DNA from: Candidatus Nanosynbacter sp.
GTDB taxonomy: Bacteria; Patescibacteriota; Saccharimonadia; Saccharimonadales; Saccharimonadaceae
Reading direction: 5' to 3'
Assembly (NCBI GenBank): GCA_015257505.1
Contig: JABZKB010000002.1
Coordinates: 52,085 to 116,084, forward strand
DNA length: 64,000 nucleotides
The notes under the pieces are model-generated. The model was not told where the DNA came from and did no database searches. It was given only the letters and a program-made list of their open reading frames with translations. Both the position numbers and the translations under genes were made by a program. Position 1 is the stretch's first letter; the number at the start of each line of letters is the position of its first letter. This document shows, piece by piece, positions 53,764 to 63,120 of the stretch.

Positions 53764-56553
53764 CTAGCGTTTACTATGTTTTTTGTTCTGACGTTGCTTC
53801 TTTTTAGATTTTCTTGCGGTATTACGCTCGCGATTAACGTCGGTCTTTTTACTGGATCCGGACTTGAATTCGTTATCGAGGTTTTTTACGCCAGAATCAA
53901 TGGTATTTACGCCTTTATTGGTGGCAGTCTCCGCCATCTGAGTGAGCTCAGTATCATATTCCTCGCCGTCTACAATATCAGTGGCAACTGCTTCTTGTTT
54001 AGTGACACTGAGGAGGATTTTGAGAACTTCTTCGCGGAGGTTTTTCTGCAAACCCTCAAAGAGCTTTTGTGACTCTGTACGATATTCTACGAGTGGGTCG
54101 CGCTGACCAATGGAGCGCCAGTGAATACCTTCGCGGAGGTGCTGCATATTTTCAAGATGTTGCATCCAGAGAGCGTCAAGAACTTTGAGGTAAACTTCGC
54201 GTTCAATGCGACGCATGACCTCAGGCCCAAATTCGAGTTCTTGATTTGCGTATGCTTCGGAAACTGCGGTAAGCGCTAGTTTGGCGCGGTCTTCAGGTTT
54301 TCGCATAGCGCCAATGGTTTCAACGAGGTCGGGGTCAATATTAAAGACCTGAAGGAAATTTTGTTTGAATTTCTTGTTTACGCGTGAGCTTTCAATAGTG
54401 AGATCAACTGTTGCTTCCTTCATGAGGCGTTTAATTTCTTGAGAGATGTTTTCTCCTTCAAGAATTTTGCGGCGCATAAGATAGACGACGCGGCGATGGC
54501 GGTTGATGACATTATCGTATTGAACTACATTTTTACGAGAGTCGAAATTGAATCCCTCAATACGGCGTTGTGCGGCTTCCAGATTTTTAGTAACAGCGCG
54601 GTTATGGATCGGAGTATCTTCATCAAGACCGACAAATCTTAAGATATTGGCGAGCTGATTGCCTTGGAAGATTCGCATTAAATCATCTTCACAGGAAACG
54701 AAGAACTGAGTAATACCAGGATCACCTTGGCGTCCACCACGGCCACGGAGCTGGTTATCGACGCGCCTTGAGTCATGGCGTTCGGAGCCGATAACTACGA
54801 GGCCGCCTAATTTCTTTACTTCCTCAGGAAGTTTAATGTCAGTACCACGACCTGCCATATTGGTTGCAAGGGTGATCGCACCTTTTTCGCCAGCTTTTGC
54901 GACGATGGCAGCCTCACGCTCGTTGTTTTTTGCATTGAGGATTTCATATGGCAAATTGGCTTCATCAAGATATTTAGCAATTAGTTCATTCTTGACGATG
55001 CTCGCTGAGCCGACGAGAATTGGTTGACCTTTGGCATGATATTCCTGGATAGTGCGAACAATAGCGCGGAGCTTGCCAGCTTCTGTGCGGAAAATTAAGT
55101 CATCCTTATCAATACGTTTGATTGGGCGGTTTGGCGGAATTTGAATCACATTAAGGGCGTAGATCTGTTGGAATTCTTCGGCTTCGGTAAAGGCGGTACC
55201 TGTCATGCCAGAAAGTTTTCGATAGAGACGGAAAAAGTTCTGGAAAGAGATGGTAGCAAGGGTCATGGATTCTTCTTTAACTGCAACACCTTCTTTTGCC
55301 TCAATGGCCTGGTGGAGACCTTCATTGTAGCGACGACCATGCATCAAGCGTCCGGTATGTTCATCTACAATGATTACTTCACCAGAGTTGGTGACAACAT
55401 AGTCACGATCGCGGTTGAAGACAACCTGAGCACGAAGCGCTTGGTCTAGGTGGTAGACGAGACGTGAGTTTTCGGCAGAGTAGAGATTATCGATGCCGAG
55501 GAGACGTTGAACTTTTTCAATTCCCTGGTCAGTAAGGGTGACGGATTTATGTTTTTCGTCAAGCACGTAATCCTCAGGAGTGAGTTTAGAAACAATTTTA
55601 GCGAATTGATAGTAGGAATCTGGGTTATCGCCAGCTGGAGCAGAGATAATCAATGGAGTACGAGCTTCATCGATTAGGATGGAGTCGACTTCATCGACGA
55701 TAGCAAAATTGAGCTCACGTTGCCTAAGAAAATCTACCTCGTTAACCATATTGTCGCGAAGGTAGTCGAAGCCAAATTCGTTATTGGTACCATAAGTAAC
55801 ATCAGCAGCGTAGGCCTGTTTTCTAGTGCATGGCTTTAGGTGCTGCATGCGTTCGTCGGCGTGTTCTTCATTGATGTATTCTGGATCATAAAGGAAGCTG
55901 GCGTCGGCGATAATCACACCTACACTGAGGCCGAGGAAGTGAAAAACTGGGGCATTCCAACCAGCATCACGCTGAGCAAGGTAGTCATTGACAGTGACAA
56001 CGTGAACACCGCGTTCGGTGAGGGCATTGAGGTAGGAAGGAAGCAGGGCGACTAAGGTCTTACCTTCACCGGTTTTCATTTCTGCAACATTGCCTTCGTG
56101 AAGTGCAATACCGCCAATCATTTGTACGTCAAAATGTCGCATTCCGAGAATACGAAATGTAGCTTCACGGACAAGAGCAAAGGCATCTGGGAGGAGTTGA
56201 TCTAGGATTTTGTCTTCAGCCTTTTTAGTATCGATGGTTTTGGCGGAAGTCTTCTTATCTTTTTTGCTAGATTCCTTCTCTAATTTTTGTTTTTCGAGCG
56301 CAGTTTTTGCGTCAGCTTTTTTGCGAAGCTCAAGCAGCTGTTTTTTGAGGAGATTTGTTTGGTCTTTTAGCTCGTCGTCGGACATAGCTTGATATTTTGG
56401 CTCAAGCTTGTTGATTCCCTGCACGATTTTTTCCATGCGCTTTAACTCGCGCTTTTCTGGGTCGCCAAAAATACCTTGAAGTACCTTTGTGGTAAGGGTC
56501 TTATCAGCCAATTTGTCGGTCGGCTTTTTTTCTTTTTTTACTTTTTTCGACAT
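53764..56553 (-). CDS. secA: Preprotein translocase ATPase SecA
   Basis: 929 aa. Walker A MKTGEGKTLVA, DEVD Walker B and SecA motor domains. SD GGAGG upstream. Basic C-terminal tail. Confidence 0.9.
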   Translation of the reverse strand: MSKKVKKEKKPTDKLADKTLTTKVLQGIFGDPEKRELKRMEKIVQGINKLEPKYQAMSDDELKDQTNLLKKQLLELRKKADAKTALEKQKLEKESSKKDKKTSAKTIDTKKAEDKILDQLLPDAFALVREATFRILGMRHFDVQMIGGIALHEGNVAEMKTGEGKTLVALLPSYLNALTERGVHVVTVNDYLAQRDAGWNAPVFHFLGLSVGVIIADASFLYDPEYINEEHADERMQHLKPCTRKQAYAADVTYGTNNEFGFDYLRDNMVNEVDFLRQRELNFAIVDEVDSILIDEARTPLIISAPAGDNPDSYYQFAKIVSKLTPEDYVLDEKHKSVTLTDQGIEKVQRLLGIDNLYSAENSRLVYHLDQALRAQVVFNRDRDYVVTNSGEVIIVDEHTGRLMHGRRYNEGLHQAIEAKEGVAVKEESMTLATISFQNFFRLYRKLSGMTGTAFTEAEEFQQIYALNVIQIPPNRPIKRIDKDDLIFRTEAGKLRAIVRTIQEYHAKGQPILVGSASIVKNELIAKYLDEANLPYEILNAKNNEREAAIVAKAGEKGAITLATNMAGRGTDIKLPEEVKKLGGLVVIGSERHDSRRVDNQLRGRGGRQGDPGITQFFVSCEDDLMRIFQGNQLANILRFVGLDEDTPIHNRAVTKNLEAAQRRIEGFNFDSRKNVVQYDNVINRHRRVVYLMRRKILEGENISQEIKRLMKEATVDLTIESSRVNKKFKQNFLQVFNIDPDLVETIGAMRKPEDRAKLALTAVSEAYANQELEFGPEVMRRIEREVYLKVLDALWMQHLENMQHLREGIHWRSIGQRDPLVEYRTESQKLFEGLQKNLREEVLKILLSVTKQEAVATDIVDGEEYDTELTQMAETATNKGVNTIDSGVKNLDNEFKSGSSKKTDVNRERNTARKSKKKQRQNKKHSKR

Positions 56554-56599
56554 AGTCAGTCAAAACCTCCAAAAACAGAATATTATTTATGAGTGTATT

Positions 56600-56640
56600 T
56601 TATCATAAAAACTGCATGAAGTGTGATTCATGCAGTTTAA
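56600..56640 (-). terminator. Rho-independent terminator between hpf and secA (12-bp stem AAACTGCATGAA / TTCATGCAGTTT, loop gtgtga)
   Basis: Perfect 12-bp inverted repeat at 56609-56638, followed on the minus strand by tttttatgat. Confidence 0.55.
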
Positions 56641-56686
56641 TATTTTTAGTTTTTTCTCTTTATTTCGAGATTTTCTTCAAATTTAA

Positions 56687-57049
56687 TTACTTATCTCGGT
56701 GAAATAGGCGCATAAATGGGTTTTTACGAAGATGTGGATTTGATTCAATCTTGTAGCGACGGATTTGGCCGGTAAGTTTTGCTTCAAGAATATCGATTCC
56801 TGCAAAGACGTTTGAGCATTCATCTTTAGCAGCGATAACTTTACCGCCAGGAATTTCCATAGCTACAGAAATTTCGTATTTATTACCGTGAGAACGGTTG
56901 ACTTCGGTGACGACGATTTTTGCAACAACGTCTTTTTTGTTGCCGCGAGGTAGGTAGCGGTCAAGTTTGCCAATGCGCTTAGTTGCGTATTTCTGGAAAC
57001 TTTCTTCGACTTTATAATTACTGCCACTGATATCAATTTTTTCGATCAT
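56687..57049 (-). CDS. hpf: Ribosome hibernation-promoting factor (HPF/YfiA/RaiA family, short form)
   Basis: 120 aa with the HPF beta-alpha-beta-beta-beta-alpha pattern (KYATKRIGKLDRYL, ISVAMEIPGGKVIAAKDE). Classic hpf-secA synteny. Confidence 0.8.
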   Translation of the reverse strand: MIEKIDISGSNYKVEESFQKYATKRIGKLDRYLPRGNKKDVVAKIVVTEVNRSHGNKYEISVAMEIPGGKVIAAKDECSNVFAGIDILEAKLTGQIRRYKIESNPHLRKNPFMRLFHRDK

Positions 57050-57099
57050 AAATTCTCCTTAAGCCTATTTTAACATAACGATATAAATAATAAATCACC

Positions 57100-58344
57100 T
57101 TAAAGTTCGGAAACGCCGAGGTATGGTTGTAAGACGGCAGGAACCTTGAGCTTACCATCTTTTTCTGCAAAGTTTTCAATAACTGCAACCATGGTGCGAG
57201 CGAGTGAGATTGCGGTGCCATTAAGGGTATGTAAGGTTTCGATAGTACCATCTTTGCGGCGGACGCGGATATTGAGACCCTTAGCCTGGAAGTCGGTACA
57301 GTTAGAACAGCTGGTTAATTCACGATATTTTTGATCAACTGGAGACCAGTATTCAATGTCGTATTTTTTGGCAGCTGGGGCGCCGAGATCACCTGCAGCA
57401 ATATTAATGACGTGGTATGGAATACCAATTTCTTGCCAGATCTCTTCTTCAATGGCGCGGATTTTTTCGTGGATTTCTTTGCTTTGTTCTGGAAGACAGA
57501 ATGAGTACATTTCTAGTTTGTTAAACTGGTGGACGCGGAAGAGGCCACGGGTATGTTTACCTGAAGCACCAGCTTCCTTGCGGAAACAGGCAGAAAAGCC
57601 TGCGTAAAAGAGCGGAAGCTTATCTTCGTCGATGATTTCATCCATGTGGTAGCCGGTAATTGGCATTTCGGCGGTTGCAATCATGGCGAGATCTTCACCT
57701 TCAATGTAATATTCATCACTCTGTTCAGAGCTTCTTGGTGCAAATCCAGTACCTTCGAGAACACGGGAATTGACCATATCAGGCACATCCATGAGAGTGA
57801 AGCCGTGCTCGGTAACTTTTTTAATACCAAATTGAACTAAGGCATTTTCGAGAAGAGCAAGGCCACCTTTGACATAGTAGAATTTGGCGCCGGCAACTTT
57901 GGCACCACGTTCGAAATCGACCCAGTCACGAGAGATGGCGTAGTCGAGATGATCAACACCTTCGGCTTTTTGGCCTCCCCAAGTTTTTACTTCAACGCTG
58001 GCACTTTCATCACCAAGCGGGACATCCTCGAAGATAATGTTTGGTACGGTTTTTAGTAGGTCACGGAATTCTTTGTCTTCAACCTCTAATTTTGCTTCAA
58101 GCTCTGCAAGCTGTTCCTTTAATTCCTTGCCACGGGCAATCTGTTCCTCGGTTGGCTTGCTTCCCTTCATGCTGTCGGTATTCTGGTTACGTTCTTTGCG
58201 AAGGTTTTCAACCTGTTGAAGAGTGGCTTTTCTGGTATCGTCGAGCGCAAGAAGTTTGTCGAGATCGACGTTTTTGTACATTTTTTCTGTAATGGAATGC
58301 TGAACTAACTCACGGTTGGCTCGGATGAAGTTGATATCTAGCAT
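57100..58344 (-). CDS. serS: Seryl-tRNA synthetase
   Basis: 414 aa. N-terminal coiled-coil arm and class II motifs (FRKEAGASGKHTRGLFRVHQFNKLE, GDLGAPAAKKYDIEYW). Confidence 0.9.
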   Translation of the reverse strand: MLDINFIRANRELVQHSITEKMYKNVDLDKLLALDDTRKATLQQVENLRKERNQNTDSMKGSKPTEEQIARGKELKEQLAELEAKLEVEDKEFRDLLKTVPNIIFEDVPLGDESASVEVKTWGGQKAEGVDHLDYAISRDWVDFERGAKVAGAKFYYVKGGLALLENALVQFGIKKVTEHGFTLMDVPDMVNSRVLEGTGFAPRSSEQSDEYYIEGEDLAMIATAEMPITGYHMDEIIDEDKLPLFYAGFSACFRKEAGASGKHTRGLFRVHQFNKLEMYSFCLPEQSKEIHEKIRAIEEEIWQEIGIPYHVINIAAGDLGAPAAKKYDIEYWSPVDQKYRELTSCSNCTDFQAKGLNIRVRRKDGTIETLHTLNGTAISLARTMVAVIENFAEKDGKLKVPAVLQPYLGVSEL

Positions 58345-58364
58345 TTTTTACCTCTTTTCTTTGA

Positions 58365-59825
58365 TTAATTATCGGTTTTGCGCTTGATGATTGGAAACGG
58401 TACGGCCTCGCGGCCGGAGACACCTTCGAGCAGCCAGAAATTGCGTTCGGAGTTGCCCCAACCACAGGCTGGCGGCATACCATATTCGAGCATTTCAACA
58501 AAGTCTGTATCGAGCATTTGTGCTTCACTGTCGCCTTGGTCGCGCATCGATTGTTGTTCTTCAAAACGGGCTAGCTGATCTAAGGGATCGTTAAGCTCGG
58601 AGTAGCCGTTCCCCATTTCTGTACCAGCAATGATAGGGTGGAAGCGCTCTGTGACGAGTGGGTTCTCAGGTGAAATTTTGGCCAGTGGCGAGAGGCTGAG
58701 CGGCTCTTCAATAAGCCAGAAGGGTCCACCGGATTTTTTACGGATTAACTTCCAGAGGTTATCAATTAACCTTGGTGTGGACTGGTTTGGTTTAATTTCG
58801 ACACCGTTACTCTTTAAAATTTGCTCAATTTTCGTGCGATCTGGTTGGAAAACATCGATATCAAAATGTTGCTTGATAAGATCGGCATATTTAATGCGTG
58901 GCCATTTTTGGTCTAAGTCAATCTCGAAACCACCAACATTAAATTTGAGGGTTCCCCAGGTACGCTTTGCGATATATTTGATCATCTCTTCATAAAAATT
59001 CATGCCGTCATTGTAGTCTTCGAAAGCAGAATAGGATTCAAAGGCAATATGTTCTGGAAGATGCTCATCATCGACACCTTCATTGCGGAAGCGTGGACCG
59101 ATGTCGTAAACTTTTTCAAAGCCCGCGCCAAGTAGACGTTTGAGGGGTAGTTCTTGTGAAATACGGAGATAAAAATCTTCATCAAGTGCGTCCATATGGG
59201 TAACGAAAGGAGTAGCGTCGGCGCCTCCGGTGGTATGTTCGAGGATTGGGGTGTTAATCTCGATGAAGCCATGCTGATTCATGAAGTCACGCGTGGCCTG
59301 CCAGAAGACACTGCGACGGACAAGGCGCTCGCGGACTTCTGGATTCACATTCATATCAACATAGCGTCTACGATAACGTTCTTCTTTATTAGTAAAGCCA
59401 TCGCGTCCAGGGAGCGGACGGAGTGATTTTGTAAGTAGGCGCACGGCATTAGTGAAGATAGAAATTTCGCCAGTTTGTGATTTTCCGACCATACCTTCGG
59501 CTTCAATGAAATCACCAAGGTCGAGTAGTTTGAGGTTTTTGACGGAAATGAGCCCTTCAGTAACTTCGCCCTCTTGTTTCATGAAGAGCTGGACTTCGCC
59601 GAAATAGTCGCGTAGTTTAACGAAGGCTAATTTACCAAAGCTACGAATTGCAACAATGCGACCGGCGATGATGACGGTTTTTTGATCGTATTGATCAAAA
59701 TGTTCTAGGATGTCAGAAATTTTAGTATTGCGATTGGAGTGCGCAGGATAAGGGTTGATGCCGAGTTCTTTTAGTTCGGCGAGTTTGCGGAGTCGCTCAT
59801 CTCGGTAATCGCTTATGGTAGTCAT
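58365..59825 (-). CDS. lysS: Lysyl-tRNA synthetase (class II)
   Basis: 486 aa. N-terminal OB anticodon-binding domain and class II catalytic core (FRNEGVDDEHLPEH, ...GTEMGNGYSELNDP). Confidence 0.9.
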   Translation of the reverse strand: MTTISDYRDERLRKLAELKELGINPYPAHSNRNTKISDILEHFDQYDQKTVIIAGRIVAIRSFGKLAFVKLRDYFGEVQLFMKQEGEVTEGLISVKNLKLLDLGDFIEAEGMVGKSQTGEISIFTNAVRLLTKSLRPLPGRDGFTNKEERYRRRYVDMNVNPEVRERLVRRSVFWQATRDFMNQHGFIEINTPILEHTTGGADATPFVTHMDALDEDFYLRISQELPLKRLLGAGFEKVYDIGPRFRNEGVDDEHLPEHIAFESYSAFEDYNDGMNFYEEMIKYIAKRTWGTLKFNVGGFEIDLDQKWPRIKYADLIKQHFDIDVFQPDRTKIEQILKSNGVEIKPNQSTPRLIDNLWKLIRKKSGGPFWLIEEPLSLSPLAKISPENPLVTERFHPIIAGTEMGNGYSELNDPLDQLARFEEQQSMRDQGDSEAQMLDTDFVEMLEYGMPPACGWGNSERNFWLLEGVSGREAVPFPIIKRKTDN

Positions 59826-59846
59826 ATTTTAGTATTATCCTGTTTA

Positions 59847-60392
59847 TTAAATTTTCATGATTTCAGATTCTTTAGCTTTGAAGAGTTCGTCAATCTTGCC
59901 TGAGAAGTTTTTGATTAGTTCGTCAACTTCTTTTTCGCCACGTTTTTTAACATCTTCAGAGAGATCTTCGGCAGCCTTAAGCTCTTTTCTGGCATCATCG
60001 CGAATCTTGCGAAGTGCGACTTTACCTTCTTCAACTTTAGTAGATGCCGTCTTTACGATTTCCTTACGGCGCTCTTCGGTAAGTGGTGGAACTGGAACGC
60101 GAATAACACGTCCGTCATCGGCCGGGTTTAGACCGAGAGTTTGGTCTGCGCGGATGGCGGAGGCGATGGATTGAATAGTTGATGGGTCAAAAGGTGTAAT
60201 TAGTAGCATTATGGCGTCGCCTGCAGTGATATTAGCTACCTGATTGAGCGGCATGTATTGGCCATAAGCTTCAACTTTGACACCGGCAAGCATGTCTGGA
60301 TGTGCGCGGCCAGTGCGAACTTTTTGCATTTCGGATTTGAAACGTTCAATAACGTTTTCCATGGCTTGTTGGTATTCTGAGTGGTCGAACAT
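59847..60392 (-). CDS. frr: Ribosome recycling factor
   Basis: 181 aa, full-length RRF pattern (RTGRAHPDMLAGVKVEAYGQ...RVPVPPLTEERRKE). Confidence 0.9.
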   Translation of the reverse strand: MFDHSEYQQAMENVIERFKSEMQKVRTGRAHPDMLAGVKVEAYGQYMPLNQVANITAGDAIMLLITPFDPSTIQSIASAIRADQTLGLNPADDGRVIRVPVPPLTEERRKEIVKTASTKVEEGKVALRKIRDDARKELKAAEDLSEDVKKRGEKEVDELIKNFSGKIDELFKAKESEIMKI

Positions 60393-60464
60393 ATTTTTCC
60401 TTGAATTAGATTCTTATTATTATCATATCACATTGAGGTGAGATCAACTTTGATTGGGGGCGAT

Positions 60465-61706
60465 TTACTTAGAAGAGGAAAGTTCTTTCTTGAACTCGTC
60501 GACTGAAATAGTGCGCACTTCGCCGGTTTTACGATTGGTGATTTCTACGGTTTGATTCTCAAGAGTTTTGTTTGAAATGACAACGCGATATGGGATACCC
60601 ATAAGTTCAGCGTCGGCAAACTTCTCGCCTGGCCTGAGTTTTCGGTCGTCAAGCAGGATTTGTTTACGGAAGGAGTTATGAAGATCGAGCGCTAGTGCTT
60701 CGCCTTGATCACCGATACCGATGACATAGTATTTGAATGGGGCGATATTTTCTGGCCAGACTAAACCTTTTTCGTCAGCAAATTTTTCGGCAATAACACC
60801 CATTACGCGAGAAACGCCGATACCGTAACTTCCCATAAACACGGTCTTTTTGACGCCATCTTGGTCATCAAATTTGAGACCGATTGGCTCGGAAAATTTA
60901 TAGCGCAAGGTAAAAATATTACCAACTTCTGCGGCGGTGGTAGGAGTGAAATCTTCACGCTTGGCACCGAGATCCGCAAGAACCTCATCGTTCATCACCT
61001 CTTCATTAATGGCGATGGTTTTGTCTTGATTAAGATAGATTGTATCCTCACCAATTGGTGTTAAGGTCTGAAATTCATGGCTATATTTAGCAAAGGCACC
61101 GCCAGAAGCATAGGTTTTATAAGTGCAATTACCAAGACCAAGACGCTGATAGATACGCATGTAGGCTTTGTCAACTTCATCGTAGAATTTATTATGAGTT
61201 TCTTCGTCGGCACAAAAACTATAGAGATCTTTCATTAAGAATTCACGAGTGCGAAGGATGCCGGATTTGGCGCGAAGCTCATTACGGAATTTATTCTGGA
61301 ATTGATAGACGTAGACTGGCAGATCTTTGTAAGAAGAGATGAATTTAACCATTAGATTAGTGAGTGGCTCTTCATGGGTTGGAGCAAGACCCAATTCGCC
61401 ACCAGCGTTGAGCTTTGTTTTAAACCAGACGTCGATAACTTTATCGTCCCAACGATCAGTTTTTATCCATGGTTCTGGATTCTGCAAGGCGGTCATTTGG
61501 AGCTCCTGACAACCAATTTGATCGAGCTCGTCACGAATAATGTCTTGAATTTTGTTTAAGGTAATTAAACCGAGCGGGAGAAAATCGTAAACTCCGGCCA
61601 TTTCTTTGTGAATGAAACCTGCGCGAATCAATAGCTGTGCGTTTCTTGAGGTCTCTTCCTTCCCTACTTCACGGAAGGTTTTGATAAAAGATTGACTTAA
61701 TTTCAT
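60465..61706 (-). CDS. proS: Prolyl-tRNA synthetase (short form lacking the bacterial editing insertion)
   Basis: 413 aa. N-terminal MKLSQSFIKTFREVGKEETSRNAQLLIRAGFI, class II motif 2 FRNELRAKSGILRTREFLMKDLYSF, C-terminal anticodon-binding domain. Confidence 0.8.
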   Translation of the reverse strand: MKLSQSFIKTFREVGKEETSRNAQLLIRAGFIHKEMAGVYDFLPLGLITLNKIQDIIRDELDQIGCQELQMTALQNPEPWIKTDRWDDKVIDVWFKTKLNAGGELGLAPTHEEPLTNLMVKFISSYKDLPVYVYQFQNKFRNELRAKSGILRTREFLMKDLYSFCADEETHNKFYDEVDKAYMRIYQRLGLGNCTYKTYASGGAFAKYSHEFQTLTPIGEDTIYLNQDKTIAINEEVMNDEVLADLGAKREDFTPTTAAEVGNIFTLRYKFSEPIGLKFDDQDGVKKTVFMGSYGIGVSRVMGVIAEKFADEKGLVWPENIAPFKYYVIGIGDQGEALALDLHNSFRKQILLDDRKLRPGEKFADAELMGIPYRVVISNKTLENQTVEITNRKTGEVRTISVDEFKKELSSSK

Positions 61707-61792
61707 CCCTTGCCTTTCTCTTTAAAAATGATATTTAATAGATTATAGCATAGAGCTTGACATTTATAATACTTACGTGTATTTTATAAGAC

Positions 61793-62239
61793 ATGAAAAA
61801 AATTGTGAACCTGACAAAAGACGGTAAAGCCGAGCTCGAAAAAGAGTTAAAGGCCTTAATTGCCGAGCGTCCACAAGTTGCTGATCGTCTCGCTTATGCA
61901 AGGTCATTCGGTGATTTGAAAGAGAATCAGGAATATACTGACGCGCGCGCGGAGCAACGCCAGATCGAAACCAGAATCTTAGAGATTGAAGAAATCCTAA
62001 AAAATGCCAAAGTAATTGAGACTGGCTCTTTTGAAAAAGTATCAGTTGGTGCTAAGATCAAAATCAAAATGCTTGGCAAGGAACATGAATACACGATTGT
62101 GGGAGAAGTCGAAGCCGATCCTTTGAATGGACGCATTTCTGATATTTCACCAATCGGAAAAGCTATTATGGGGAAAAAGGTTGGCGACAAATATGTACTT
62201 CCAAATGGCAATGAGGGTGAAATTCTTGCGATTGAATAA
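61793..62239 (+). CDS. greA: Transcription elongation factor GreA
   Basis: 148 aa. N-terminal coiled coil with the conserved acidic residues (GDLKENQEYTDARAEQ) and C-terminal FKBP-like domain. Confidence 0.85.
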   Translation: MKKIVNLTKDGKAELEKELKALIAERPQVADRLAYARSFGDLKENQEYTDARAEQRQIETRILEIEEILKNAKVIETGSFEKVSVGAKIKIKMLGKEHEYTIVGEVEADPLNGRISDISPIGKAIMGKKVGDKYVLPNGNEGEILAIE

Positions 62240-62253
62240 AAAAGATTAATCTA

Positions 62254-62289
62254 GAAAAAATAATGCCACATTCGGCATTATTTTTTTTG
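62254..62289. terminator. Bidirectional rho-independent terminator after greA (aataatgcc-acattc-ggcattatt flanked by A6 and T8)
   Basis: 9-bp stem at 62259-62282 followed by tttttttt. Confidence 0.7.
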
Positions 62290-62326
62290 TGAATCTACTG
62301 TAGAAATAATTGAATGGTGATGATTT

Positions 62327-63103
62327 TTATGTAAAACCAATAACATACATGAGGTAAAAAGCGACACCGTTTTTAATCATATGAAGTAGAATGCTGGCGT
62401 AGATGGAGTCGGTGAGGTCGCGAAGACAACAAAGGATGAGACTGAGGCAGAAAACATTGATGCCGACGTTCCATTGGCCGTGAGCGATGCCAAAAATAAT
62501 TGAAGTTAAAATAATGGTAAGTTTCTTTCCGGTAGTGTTTTTGAGATGACCAAAGAGCCAGCCACGAAAGAGGATTTCTTCGAAAACTGGAGCAAAAATA
62601 ACAAGAGCAACGAAGGCTAGGGCGCGATCGACGCCAACTAAGTAATGTGAAAAACCGACATCTTGAGTTTGATTGGCCTGAAACCAGGGGAATAATTCGA
62701 AGATTTTGAGGAGGACACCGGAGATGATGATGTAGATGGCGAAGCCGATGATGCTTAGGGTGATATCTGTGAAGGTTGGAAGTCCCTCAAGCCCCAATTC
62801 TTTACGATTGGTTCGCCAAGGGTTAAAGATTTTTTGTAAAAAATATAGTTTTTTGTATTTCTTGCTAAGTTTAATCACAAAGTGTGGGATAAAAATTAAG
62901 ATAGAGACGGCAAGGGCATAGGTTAGGCCAGAATAGATTGCGCTAAAAAACGGGGTCCTAAAGGCAGCAAAACCGATTAAAAGAATCATTGGATAGCCAA
63001 CGGCGAGTTCGGCGCCGTAACTAATTGCAAAGATTGAAATGGTGTAATTGGCAATGAGTAGGAGTTTTCTTAGTTGGAATTTTGATTTACGGGGGGTTGA
63101 CAT
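62327..63103 (-). CDS. CPBP-family (CAAX protease/Abi) intramembrane metalloprotease
   Basis: 258-aa polytopic protein with the EExxxR motif (FEEILFRGWLFGHL) and the downstream His motifs (FGIAHGQWN). Confidence 0.75.
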   Translation of the reverse strand: MSTPRKSKFQLRKLLLIANYTISIFAISYGAELAVGYPMILLIGFAAFRTPFFSAIYSGLTYALAVSILIFIPHFVIKLSKKYKKLYFLQKIFNPWRTNRKELGLEGLPTFTDITLSIIGFAIYIIISGVLLKIFELFPWFQANQTQDVGFSHYLVGVDRALAFVALVIFAPVFEEILFRGWLFGHLKNTTGKKLTIILTSIIFGIAHGQWNVGINVFCLSLILCCLRDLTDSIYASILLHMIKNGVAFYLMYVIGFT

Positions 63104-63120
63104 CTGATTTCTTTTTCTAG